Source: Amphiscolops sp. MND2022
Taxonomy: Eukaryota
Reading direction: 5' to 3'
Assembly (NCBI GenBank): GCA_964187785.1
Contig: OZ076409.1
Span: 19,470,001 to 19,534,000, forward strand
DNA length: 64,000 bases
The notes under the pieces were generated by a model, which did no database searches, was not told where the DNA came from, and worked only from the letters and a program-made list of their open reading frames with translations. Position numbers and translations under genes: made by a program. This document shows, one piece after another, positions 50,801 through 64,000 of the stretch; position 1 is the stretch's first letter; each line of letters opens with the position of its first letter.

Positions 50801-53800
50801 ATTTGAAAATTTTCTTTTTGCATTATTTGGGTCTTTCTGAGGAAACTCTCTGGCACAAAAGATGTAATTTTCCCTTTAAAAACGTGCTGTGGATCTAGTT
50901 TAATCATCTAGAGCTATTCGGAGCTTTCATCTTACAATTTTCCAATCTCAACAAAATTCACTGAAACTGTCAGAAATCAGCAAAACTGACTTTTTCGACT
51001 TTTTGCGGTCAAGTTTGAGCCATTTTTGAACCGAAGTCTGCAAATATTTCTCTAAAGGCCGACTGAAATGAGCGTTCAATACTTGTTGAACCTTTGCCAT
51101 CGTTCTGAATCCAAAACGCTTCAAAATGTAGACATGGGTTGCTTAAAAACGATGATGTTGAAAGCAAAAAAATGTTGGTGTTTTTGAAGCAAAACGCTGC
51201 AACGTTCTCTTCAAAAAATGTATTGCATACCTCGTTCTTTCGTTGTTGAGCGTTATGGAACTAATAACGAAGACTTTCGGGAATTGTACGGAAATTGCAT
51301 CAAAAACGACAAAATCGTCGAATTTTTCGACTACTTCAAGGTCAATTTCAAGCACTTTCGAACTAGAAATTGTTCTTATCTGTTGTCGAAAGCTTACCGA
51401 GACAACAACTTTCTCATTGTTTAGGGGTTTTAACATTCTAGTTCACAAAGTCTATCGATAGTTTGGCAATAATTGAAGAAAAATGATGAAAATGGAAAAT
51501 TTTGAAATTTTCCTTTTTCGATGTCAATTCCAGACATTTTTCATTTGAAAAGCTGCATTTATCGTTCCACTAAGCATACGGGACAACATTTGTTCCTTTT
51601 TGACCCTTTCCAACATTCCAATCTCCGGAGTTTGTTGAAAATTTTTAAGAAAAACTGCATAAAGCTTTGAAAATTGAAAAATTTTGGGATTTTCATTCAA
51701 AAAACTGAAACTATCTCATCCTTAAAGACTACCGGACAACAAATTGCTACCTTGGTGAACGTTTTCATTATTCCAATCTACGGAGTTTGTCGAAATCGTA
51801 ACAGAAGTTGCATAAAAACATTGAAAATAGGAAAATTTTGGGTTTTTTGTCGTTTTTGGTGCCAACTTGAGATTTTCTTCATCTAGAAAACTGCATTAAA
51901 TTCTTCGGAAAAACTTTATGGACCAATACTGTTCCTTGCTTACGCTTCGCAACATTCTGATCTACGAAGTCTGTCGAAAATGTGACAAAAATTGCATTAA
52001 AAATTCGAAAAATAGAAAGTTTTGGATTTTTTGTCACTTTCGGTTTCAATTTGAGACCTTTTTCATTTAGAAAATAGATATAATCTAGGAGAAGCCTACT
52101 GGACAGCTAGTGCGGGCCAATTTGACCGTTTTCAACATTCTAATCAACGAAGTCCTACTAAAATTCGACAAAAATTGAATAAAATCGTTAAAAATCAAGA
52201 AATTTTTGGAATTTTGGTCATTTATTGGGTCAATTTTCTCTGGCAAAACCGCATTTATCTCTTCCTAGAAAACTATTGGACAACAACATCGTGCCTTGTT
52301 GAACGTTTGCAACATTCTAATTTGCGATAATTATCAAAAAATTGACGAAAAACGCATGAAAACTGTAAAAATTGAGAAATTTTGGATTTTTTGTTTTTTT
52401 GAGGTCCAATTTGAGATATTTTTCATTAAGAAAACTGCAATAAATTCTCTAGTAAAGCCTACTGGACTAATACGTTTTCCTTGCTGACGCTTCTCAACAT
52501 TCTAATCTACGAAGTCTGTCGAAAATTTGACAAAAATGCGTTTAAAAATTTGAAAAATGGAAAGTTTTGGGTTTTTTTTGTTATTTTTGGTATCAATTTG
52601 AGACCTTTTTCATTTGGAAAAAAGCAACTATCTTTTCTGAAAAGCCTACCGGACAGCAAATGCATGCCATGTTGAGCGTTCTCAACATTTTAATTAACGA
52701 AGTATGTCGAAAATTTGACAAAAATTGCTCAAAATTGTTAAAAATCAGAAAATTTTGGAATTTTTGTCATTTTTGGGGTCAATTTTCTGGTACAAAATCG
52801 CATTTATCTCTTCAGAGAAGACTATTGGAGAGTGAATTCGTGCCCTATTGAACGTTTTCAACATTCTAATTCGCGGTGTCTCTCAAAAAAATGACAAAAA
52901 TTGCATAAAAACGTTAAAAAATTGAGAAATTTGGGAATTTTTGTCATTTTCGGGGTCATTTCGTCATTAAGGGGTCGTTTTCGTCATTTTAAAACTCCAA
53001 AAATCGCTACAAATACATATCGGACGAAGCTATGGGTAAGCTATGGGTTGAATTCTATGGGTAACACCCGTAAAGTTAAACATAAATAAATTCTTGGCAA
53101 ATTTTGTAAAAAAAAACCCGTTTGATTTAAATATTTTCCTTTCCCATATATGAAATATGGGCGGAAAATAAAAAATACCATCTTTGGCAAAATTCAATTC
53201 TGTCAAAATTCCTTGACCTATAGAGAAAGGCAACCCTATACCCTTTCGCAACGAGACCTTGTGCAAACAAAACCAAATAATATGCTGTTGTTACTGTAGA
53301 CCCCCTGTTAGTTGTGGATATATTAAGCATTTAAAATTTTAAATCAAATTTTTCGAAAATGTGCAAAAATGCTCAGGTCAATAAGGGTTAAACAGACGTG
53401 CAATTATCATCAGATGTTAATGAGCATTTCTCACTTGCATTTTTAGCACGGACACGATAACTGGGTGAGAGGTTTGAAGTTCCACCCGGGAGGAACCAAG
53501 CTGTTGAGTGTGGGCGACGATAAGTCACTGAGGGTCTGGGATCTGCCCAACAAAAGACTTGCTAAATCTCTAGATGCACATGGGCACTTTGTTACATCTA
53601 TTGGTTGGTATTCTACTGAAGACTTTGTTGTATCCTCAGGGCAACTTTGGCGACACTATCGTACCAAAAAACTGAAAACAGCTAGTATTACAGGAAAAAG
53701 CATTGAAATCGCTTAATTTCTTCGGGTATCTCAGATTTTGATCAGAATGACAACTACAATTGCAATCGAATCAAAAGTTACCGAACTGTACTTAGGGGAA

Positions 53801-53933
53801 TTTTGCACGTATGCACTGAACAATTCTTGAAACAGATCATGTTTTTGTTTGCGTTGCAGACTTCCATCACGAGAGGCCTTTCGTAATAACTGGATCCGTG
53901 GACACATTCATTAAAGTATGGGAGTGTAGGTAG
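38857..53933 (+). CDS. PAFAH1B1: Lissencephaly-1 homolog (LisH + coiled coil + WD40); exons 38857-38885, 39788-39872, 40594-40665, 45775-45956, 47725-48130, 48873-49079, 53447-53603, 53860-53933
   Basis: [18 protein letters not shown]...[20 protein letters not shown]...[21 protein letters not shown]...[10 protein letters not shown]...GHDNWVRG...[15 protein letters not shown]; all junctions are GT-AG and in frame. Confidence 0.97.
40881..41908 (+). mobile_element. Helentron-like family B, complete copy with tRNA-derived cassette and family A-type central repeats
   Basis: 5' hairpin ACACTTGC-gataa-GCAAGTGT; 3' TCGCAAGTGT plus hairpin gcggagc-acg-gcttcgc plus ctctgtgt. Confidence 0.75.
40977..41059 (+). 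ncRNA. tRNA(Glu-like)-derived Pol III cassette; related copies at 17337-17419 and 33149-33230
   Basis: TGGTCTAGTGG A box, CTTTCAA loop, GTTCGAACC B box, followed by a T-run; stems are imperfect. Confidence 0.6.
42210..44241 (+). mobile_element. hAT DNA transposon (2032 bp) with a disrupted, internally deleted transposase, in LIS1 intron 3
   Basis: TIR CAGTGATGACCAGTTT / AAACTGGTCATCATTG (15/16 match), perfect TSD CTGTTGCA, sub-terminal TAACGGA/TCCGTTA motifs. Remnants: BED-like region, [13 protein letters not shown], and dimerisation motif YPKL...[11 protein letters not shown]...RNRLS. Confidence 0.95.
46797..47233 (+). mobile_element. Helentron-like family A, complete copy
   Basis: tttttAGTCGGCGC...tagatatAGCGCCGACTttagacgttcccgttttgtt. 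Confidence 0.78.
48205..48463. mobile_element. Tc1/mariner-type MITE; inverted relative at 55706-55879
   Basis: TA|CAGT...ACTG|TA ends with aattcgtat internal repeats; the 55706-55879 copy is its reverse complement minus an internal duplication. Confidence 0.8.
50030..52960. repeat. ~180-bp tandem satellite in LIS1 intron 6; left boundary diffuse
   Basis: Anchor aacattctaat...gaagt...aaaattgacaaaaa recurs at about 51951, 52134, 52311, 52496, 52684 and 52860, with more diverged units to the left. Confidence 0.85.
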
Positions 53934-54044
53934 ATGAGGTAGAATCTTGTTGGACCAATGTGCTGTGACTGTACCTCATCTTCCCTCTTTCCTCTCCCTT
54001 GTCTCACCCTCAGTATCCCCTATCCACCTATCCTTACCCTACAG

Positions 54045-54490
54045 TAGGGGTGTAAAAAATACTTTTACATGATATTTTTGAAAATATATATTGTCTTATA
54101 TTGTGTGAAGAAAAAATATTGTTCGAACAAAGAGTTTTTTACATTTCTTGGACTGTATTTACATCCTATTGATTATTGTTTACAAACAAGAACAACAACT
54201 TTTCAAAGTGAACAGGCAAAGTTTTTTCGATAGCCCTCAATTAACCCTATACATTATATCCATCAAAGATAATACCAAATGCGAAGGTAACACTTCATGA
54301 ATGGATTTTTCTACGCATCTGGTTACTACAATCACGAATTTGTGTTAATACTTGCCAACCTTAAACTGAATGTCAAAATTTATTGGCCTAAAACACAAAT
54401 ACATTGGAACAAAAATTAACATTGTATTGTGCAAAACCAAAAATAGATGTATTTTATCAATTTTTTGTCAATATATTTTTCACATCCCTG
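54045..54490. mobile_element. hAT-type MITE 111 bp downstream of the LIS1 stop
   Basis: TIR TAGGGGTGTAAAAAATA / TATTTTTCACATCCCTG; perfect TSD CCCTACAG at 54037-54044 and 54491-54498. Confidence 0.88.
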
Positions 54491-55277
54491 CCCTACAGTC
54501 AATAGTAGCAGTAGCAGCGGTGAAGCAGATGGAAACAGCATAGCATGGACCACTGGACAGAATTTGTGAATGAACGTGTGTGTGGGTATCACATCCTTTC
54601 TTCAAATGTACCTCTGATGCTTCTCACTTTTGGTCGTCGTCGGATAAAATGGTTGAATGATTGATGTGATGTCTCTTCCACCGCTCCACCCTAAAATTAT
54701 TTCAGTTTACACTCAGTAAATTCATTTCAACCTCAGTCTTCTTAATGAGCCGAATTTATTAGCTTCTCAACAACAACAAATAGTTCATTTTTTTTCAAAA
54801 AGTGCCGCCTCCGTCGCCACTCAAACTGAATTTCTCTTCTTTAACTGCTTAAACCATAGTGATGATTGAATAACAACAGACCACAGTATAGTTTGCTGCA
54901 GTGAAGCTTCTTGTACAACAAGCATCATCGCATTTCTTGAATACTCTTAAATAGTGCTATTTGCCCCCCAAATGATACCAAGTGAATTTTAAATTTGAAC
55001 TACAGGGACAGTGCCTGCTTTAATCTGTTCCACGTTCAGCGCAGTTTATTTCTCTATCAAATTCTTGCTTGAACAATAAAAATAAGACAACGCAAACCGC
55101 CCAAAGGGCACCTGCTGGTCTGACCGGTCAAGTCTTGTAGAAACAACCCCGCGCTTACATAATTTAAATGTGAAAATTATGAAAACCAGTTTAACTAATA
55201 AACTGAATTTTGGAGAGAAAACATTCATTACTTTCTTATAGGACAATTTTCCTGGAACTTGCAAACTATCGGATTTA

Positions 55278-55450
55278 CAGTTGGACCTCGGTTTGCTTAC
55301 CGCACCTCTTGGGGAGTACTTCATTGAATATGTTTGAAGGAGTTAACGTTGTTTCAAATACTTTTGTGTACTGGATTTTGGTTCAAAAATCAGATTCTGT
55401 ATTAAGAGAATTACGTTGTATCGATCGTTCGTTATAGTGAGGTCCGACTG
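55278..55450. mobile_element. Tc1/mariner-type MITE
   Basis: TA|CAGTTGGACCTC ... GAGGTCCGACTG|TA. Confidence 0.75.
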
Positions 55451-55705
55451 TAGGGTCACTACAGTTCTGTGATTAAGAAATCGTCCCCCTATTTGCTGAG
55501 CGTCGTTATTGACCTATTGAAATTTTTTATCCTTTCAATTTGTTAAAAGGACCGCGCGTACCGAAATCGTGATTTGTAGAGATTTTGTGCCCTTATTATA
55601 AGGAGGGCGTGTCAGTGAAAAGTTTGGTTGTCAGTACGCTGCAATTAGCTATTTGTAACTTTCACAAATTTTGTCGCAGAAATTGAAAAATACCAATGTA
55701 AACTA

Positions 55706-55879
55706 CAGTGGAATCCGCCTAATTCGTATCGCTAGGGACCGAATAAAATACTACGAATAACGAGAAATACGAATTAACAGGATGATTTTACTTTAGTCGT
55801 CCTGAAATGGGGGTCTCAAAGACGTACGAATTAAACGAAGATCCGAATTATCCGGATACGAATTAACCGGAGTTGACTG
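55706..55879. mobile_element. Tc1/mariner-type MITE, same family as 48205-48463
   Basis: TA|CAGTGGAATCCG ... CCGGAGTTGACTG|TA. Confidence 0.8.
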
Positions 55880-55995
55880 TATATGAAATTCTAATAAACT
55901 ATCTGTGATGTTTTCAAAGTTTTCAACTAATTTGGAGAAAATCCAGCCTTGAATCGTCCAGGGATGATTTCTTAATCACAGTACTGTATTCATAG

Positions 55996-56280
55996 AGCCG
56001 AATTGACAAAATGGGTCTCAAACAACAGAATCCAGTTTACTACTATTTGGTGCTATAGCAGCCAATATAGTAAATTCTGGTTGTATGACTCGGACTTCCT
56101 CCTTCCGGGGCGCTTGGCGTTATAATAATTCGCCTCCTTCCGGGGTGTTATAATAATTTCGACAATATCCGATACACGTTTTTGAACTGAATGGATTCAA
56201 TTGAGTTTCAATTTCAACCAAACAGTATTCGCTATGAACAAAATCTCTGCTGTTTGAGATCAAATTTCAATTTTCGGCTG
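55996..56280. mobile_element. Small element with ~35-bp imperfect terminal inverted repeats
   Basis: agccgaattgacaaaatgggtctcaaacaacaga versus tctgctgtttgagatcaaatttcaattttcggct. Confidence 0.55.
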
Positions 56281-57914
56281 TTTGGCATGTCGACACTTTG
56301 AGGATTCCACGACTGTAGTTGTGTGTCTCGTCTTTTGAAGAATGAGAAAGAAATCAAGAGTTTCTAACAATTGGTGGTTAATCTAATTTCCCGGAGCAAT
56401 AAATTTATGCGGCAAAGTTTCAATAGTTCAAATATCAGTAGTTATTGGTTTCAATATTGAGGCTGCTGTGTTAATTCTGCTGTTTTATTTGTTAGATGTG
56501 CTGGTTTGGTTTATATTACAGTGGTTACAGCAGCAACAGCATTCCTGAATCTTGTATGATTTTTATTCTCATGTAATTTAATTTTTTCCGGTCTACCTTT
56601 TTCCAAAACAAAGCGTGATCACCAATTTCTTTAGGTATTGAGTTTCGTGAAGAAGCATTTCTCGACTTACCATCCAAATGATGCAACTTGATATGCTTCC
56701 GGGGTCACTAGTACCTCTCAATGTTGAAGAAGCAGTTTGATGGTTGTCATTCGCTCGAACATAATATTACCAGTTAGAATTATCTGACACATTCGTATTT
56801 CATTGTTTCTGGGTATTTATCGGACATCAAGTCTTGTCCGGTATCGGGCCGTGCTTTTTACAGAATCAGACCGGATAAATATCATGTGTTTGAAACCGCC
56901 AAAATTTGAAGTTATGACTAGGCATCAAAAAAGGGAATAATATTTTTGAAGCCTTTTAAAGCAAACGTCTACTTGGTTGTTGGTCATGCCCATGGGCATT
57001 GCTCAATTTTCTTTCATCGCTTATATCTAGGGATACTGTCATGTCTTGCCGATCCAATCAATCCTGCCCGGCCGGGCGTAAGCTGTACGTACGATCGTCT
57101 GATCTGTATCAATGAGATGCTAAAATACGTGAGGTTGTATTTGTCCTCATTTTTTCAAGAAACTTTAACTCAAAAAGCAGTTTTGTGACAAAAGAATGAA
57201 ATAAAACCAGTGCTATCATGGGCGAGGCAGTTATTCTCAAGAGACCTCACAACTGAGAATACCTTCAATAACTGACCCAAAGCGGCTCCCCGCCCTCGTC
57301 CATTGTAAAGTATAAACATTCAATTTGCAAACAAAACATCAAGCTCTGTGCCTATGACAAATGTGAATATGACAGGTGTTCAGTGGTGAATTGGTATGAT
57401 ATACCATACAAGTTTTAAGCAAAAAAGTACCCGACTCGTGAGTATAGTTTATAGTTCCATAGTATGCGCCCCTCAGTGTTTGAGACAAGACGGAACCATC
57501 TAAAGTCGGCACCCCACTTAAATATCAAAAAGCGAAGTCTCAGAAATGCCCAGGGCCACTTTTAGGAAATTTTCATAACTTTCAGAGTGGCGAAAAATAT
57601 CCGAAAAACGTTTTTATCGTATTGAGAACATCAAAAAATGCCCAAATTGGTGGAAAAAAATAGAAAAAAGTTGCACAGTGCCGGAAATCTCAAAGATGTG
57701 CCCTTTTGTGCATGGAAAACGTCTTTTCGGAAGTTGAAACTCTGGTAAATCTGTAGGAGACCCTTTCGTTTGACACGTCAAGGTTTGCAGAAAAAGATAG
57801 TCCTCGGCAGGCATCGAACAAACGGCCGTTTGGGAAACGCGCATCCTAATTACTTGCAGCATGAACAAACTCTTCAAAAAATGAACACTACGTATACACT
57901 CTGTGGTTGGATAG

Positions 57915-58927
57915 AAACAAGACGGGAACGTCTCAAGTTGGCGCTATATCTAAGGCTCAAAAAGCGCAAAACATTTTTTTTGGAAAAAAACTTGAAATTT
58001 TCGAAAAAAAATTCTTTCGGAAAATGTCGCACAGTGCCGAAAAATGTAAAAGGGGGACCCTTTTTGATTTATAAACACGCATTCTGTAGCAAAATAACAA
58101 AAAACTCAAAGGGGGGACCCTTTGGGGACATTAAAAAAATTTCGAAAAAAAGTCTCACAGTGCCGAAAAAAAACGAAAGGGGGACCCTTTAGTCCCGTCC
58201 GGGCTTGTAGGTAACGTTTAAAAAGTAAATGAATGCGCTCCCCGTTTGCCTTTACCGGTCCAGTAGTTTAGTACTGTATTTAGTAGTTGAACGTTTATTT
58301 TAACGTTCGTCGCTTCGAATCTGTCTTAAATAAAAAACAAGACGAGAACGCCTCAAGTCGGCGCTATATCTAAGGCTCAAAAAGCGCAAAACATTTTTTT
58401 TTGGAAAAAAACTTGAAATTTTCGAGAAAAAAAATTCTTTCGGAAAATGTCGCACAGTGCCGAAAAATGTAAAAGGGGGGACCCTTTTTGATTTATAAAC
58501 ACGCATTCTGTAGCAAAATAACAAAAAACTCAAAGGGGGGACCCTTTGGGGACATTAAAAAAATTTGAAAAAAAATCTCACAGCGCCGAAAAATATCGAA
58601 GGGGGGGGGTTACGAAACTTTAGTCCCGTCCGGGCTTGTATGTAACGTTGAAAAAGTAAATGAATGCGCTCCCCGTTTGCCTTTAGCGGTCCAGTAGTTT
58701 AGTACTTATTTAGTAGTTGAACGTTAATTTTAACGTTCGTCGCTTCGAGTCTGTCTTAAATAAAAAAAAAACGAGTGACTGTAATAGTCGGGCTCTTTTC
58801 TTAAGAAAAGCGCCGACTAAAAACGGGTGACTGTAATAGTCGGGCTCTTTTCTTAAGAAAAGCGCCGACTAAAAACTGGTTATTGTAATAGTCGGGCTCA
58901 TTTCTTACAAAATGCGCCGATTAAAAA
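57915..58927 (-). mobile_element. Helentron-like family A tandem array: two ~420-bp bodies plus a triplicated 5' hairpin unit
   Basis: Near-identical bodies start at ~57916 and ~58336; the 52-bp unit gtgactgtaatagtcgggctcttttcttaagaaaagcgccgactaaaaac occurs three times at 58775-58927. Confidence 0.8.
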
Positions 58928-59271
58928 TGAAGGAAGCCGGCTTCAACGATGATAGGAAAGAAATTTTCGAAAGGTATCATACATTTTCAAAGGAAATTTA
59001 TGAAAGAATTAACCGAAAATGACGTTGGAAATAGCTTCACTCTCCTGGATGTTGGATGTATCCCTCTCTGGAGAATTTTTGTTCAAGTTTCTTAGTCTAA
59101 TTATTTTGAAATTGAAGGCAAAAGATGACTTTTATCAAAAAATTGTAGCACTTACAGATTTTGCGAGACCTAGATGGTCTCATTGCTTGATGCTCTCCTG
59201 TGCTTAGTCCTCGGGTGGTATTCATAAAACTTTTTTATATGGAGATGTGGTAAGCTGATGGGCTACTGTGA

Positions 59272-61092
<1,821 letters not shown>

Positions 61093-64000
61093 ATAATTTC
61101 GTATTTAGTTTAATCTTTTTCTTCATTCTTTTCCTTTGTACTTGTTTTATCAGTGATTTTGTCGAATTGATCTTTTAAGGTTATCGTTTTGATTACTTTG
61201 AGAATATCACTTGAAGTTCCAGATTATTTTCGGGCCTCCGCAATAATAGATGACAACACATACATGTGACTGTACACATCGAAACGTTAAAAATTGGAAG
61301 ACTTTATACAATTTCTGGAAGATGTGAATTCGGCTTCCTCCTCAAGTACGGAGAAGCCAATTGTGCCGAAGTTGTCATTTCGTAGTTCTCTGTGGTCTGG
61401 AATTAATTGCACCGGCGTAACCAGAAAGCAGAAACAACCAGCAGAAAAGTTCAAAACAGGAAAGTTGAAATGTATTTTTCCGGCCGCATTTTGAAATTTC
61501 ACGATTCTGCACAACCGCTTTGTTGTTTCGACCGCTGTAAAAAAAAACGAAATGATCACCATTCGTGCATTCGGACAAAGAGCATTAGATTAGTGCTCTG
61601 AATATACATTATTAGGTTAAATTGTTCTTAAAGATAACTTTCAGAGCTGGGCTGGTCGCTGCAAGACTGGACTTTCAGTTGTTCAGAAGTGTCAATCGTT
61701 TTGTTATCCCTGGACTGGTGAAATTTTTTCAGTTTCTTGCTGGCCTCGTTCATTATAGAAACGCCAATGCCCCGGGAGGACAAAGAGACTGACATCCAAT
61801 GCTGATGAGAGCCAACAATTGTTTCGATCTCATCATCGTAGGAGGTAGTCATGTCCAGGTAATCATTGCAATTAATCTCCACTTACTGCATATTCCTCTC
61901 GAGAGTTAATATTCAAAATGTCTGAGCGCTTTCTTGACAAACATCTCCAGAAAAGTCATGTGGTAAATCCAGGACCTTTTGTACTCGTTCCTGGCTAAAT
62001 TTAATGACAGTCTGTGTATATGTGTTTTGAAAGTTTTGTGATTAACAAGATTTTTCTATATTTTGTAGAGGAAAATTATTGAATCTTTTTTACACTTCGA
62101 CCACTTTTTTTCAACATGTGCACTGCTTTTCATTCTAAAATTTCTCCAAATTTTCCTGACTGTCGGAACCTTTTCAGAGAAACAAAAAACCCCATTGATG
62201 TATATAATCTGTTGGGAGTGGATGTAAATACGGCTAGTTTACTTGAGTTCGAGTTCCGCTGTTCCGCTCTAGGGCAAATTTTCATGTTTGCAGAGGTCCC
62301 CCTTTGAGTTTTTTGGCATTGTGCGACACAGGATGAGTATGGGGTTTGACTCTGAACAGGGTGGAAATTCTATATTTTTATTACTTCTGCGGAGAAGTTT
62401 TTTTCAGGCGAGTTTGTTCGCGAAACGATTGCATTCTGAAACAGATTCAGATTTTTGTACGGCAGTGAGTACACGCGTGAGATTTCAATTTATTCAATTC
62501 TCGTTCGACGAAACGAGTGGTAATTATGCATTCGTACGCCGAATTCATTGAAGCGAATGGGTGTTAATTATTCGTTCGCCGAGAGCTTAGCCTGCATTCA
62601 AATGCTAATGCGAAACTTCGTATACGCTTAGTAGCTATATTTTCTCTGGGCCGAGGATAAAGACGGCGTAAACTGGTACAGTGATTAATTATGCGCTATA
62701 CAATGATTAAGGAGTGTATAGTTCTTCCAGATATGCTTCTACTATTAAACATCAAAGTCTAAAGCAGAACTACTGTGCCCTGCAGGGGCCTGTTTTCCAA
62801 TGCGAGCATTTATATTAACATTTTCTGTTATAAAATATAACTATACAAATGCCCATCGTCCGATTTCTTACTGTAATCCCCAATATTGGATCTTGCTTAC
62901 ACATGGCAGATATTTTTTCGAATTGCCGTTTAAGAATGCAATATGCATGAGTGCCTGAACTAGTTTTCAGATCAGTGGAGACTTTTTTCTAACAATTAGG
63001 GTTGGCAGGTGTCTTGACTTAATTGAACGCTTTTGAACCAATCAAAATTATACTAAACATGACTCAGAATGGCTCTAAGAATGTTTTCATAACTCTCGAA
63101 AAGGTTTAAAAATATTGTGCTACCCCGAGCATTTTTCTCTGAATGAAAACTTCGAAAAATACCCAAATTAGTGGGAAAAAGACACACGGCACCGAAAAAC
63201 CCCAAGATGGGAACCTTTAGGTTTAAAACGTATTTTTGAAGGTTGAAATATGGGGAACACGTCCATTTGAATCAAAAAAGGCGAAAAATTGCCGTGCCGA
63301 AAACACGAAGGGTGACACTTTTGACACGTCACGGGTTTGCAAACAAACATATTTAGTCCTTAACAGACATCGAACCGATGGTTGTATGCTTGGAAATCCG
63401 CATGGCTACTGGGTTTCAAACTATGCCATTTAGAAACTCTTCAGAGTCTCCGTTGTCTGACGAAACACTAGTCACTGTAATAGTCGGGCACATTTTCTTC
63501 CAAAATGCGCTAGCTAAAAAAGACTTGAAATTAGCATGTATGCATATAGAGGTCCGTGACGAAAAAATTCTTTTGCCTTCGTCCTCGGAATTTCCAATAT
63601 ATTCCGGGACAAATGTTTAAAATTCGTAGAACTGTTGTATTTAGAAACAATTATTCTCATTCAGGTTTTTTAATCAGTCTTAAAGTGAATAGATTAGTGG
63701 GGCCCTTTGCCTCCGCTGGGTGCGTCTAGATCTGAAACCACCTCAAATTTTGGAGTTTCTCCGAGCTTGAAATTTGCACTGTCAAGGAAAGGGCGGGAAA
63801 AGGGCTCCCTCTGGTCTTTTCCTTTTTGAAGTACATGAAATTATCGGTCCAGCACAGGATTCGAACACACGTAAAGCTGTTTCCCAGTCGTACTCATCAC
63901 GCAAAAAGCCCGCGTTAAGCATTAAGCGTGAAGTGGCCTTTTTTAAACTGAGAGAATGTTTGATCCAATAAGTTGGACGCAATTACGAATAGGTAGTAGT

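Noticed and set aside
61628..62000. Minus-strand coding exon downstream of WDR5
   Set aside because: Coding-like composition, but upstream frames are interrupted by stops and I recognise no family.

Overview
Eukaryotic (invertebrate metazoan-type), AT-rich genomic window with spliceosomal GT-AG introns. Four host genes lie on the + strand: a divergent SRF MADS-box gene (~19.5-29.1 kb), an intronless STIP1/HOP CDS (34567-36258), an 8-exon LIS1/PAFAH1B1 gene (38857-53933) and a WDR5 gene (~59284-61092). Intergenic and intronic space is packed with mobile DNA: a frameshifted non-LTR retrotransposon, degenerate hAT, Tc1 and FLYWCH-MULE (Phantom-like) transposons, several MITEs with clear TSDs, and more than 15 copies of Helentron/DINE-1-like non-autonomous elements (sub-terminal inverted repeats plus a 3' hairpin) from several families. 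Most interesting: 8 of 12 homology-anchored splice donors have a pyrimidine at +3; tRNA-derived Pol III cassettes are embedded in end-swapping Helentron-like elements; a MITE carries an inverted copy of its own pre-insertion flank; a recent 832-bp duplication doubles the putative LIS1 promoter; a frame-restoring 17-nt candidate intron sits at the SRF start; and an intronic ~180-bp satellite has trimeric higher-order structure. All coordinates were read by eye and may be off by a few bases.
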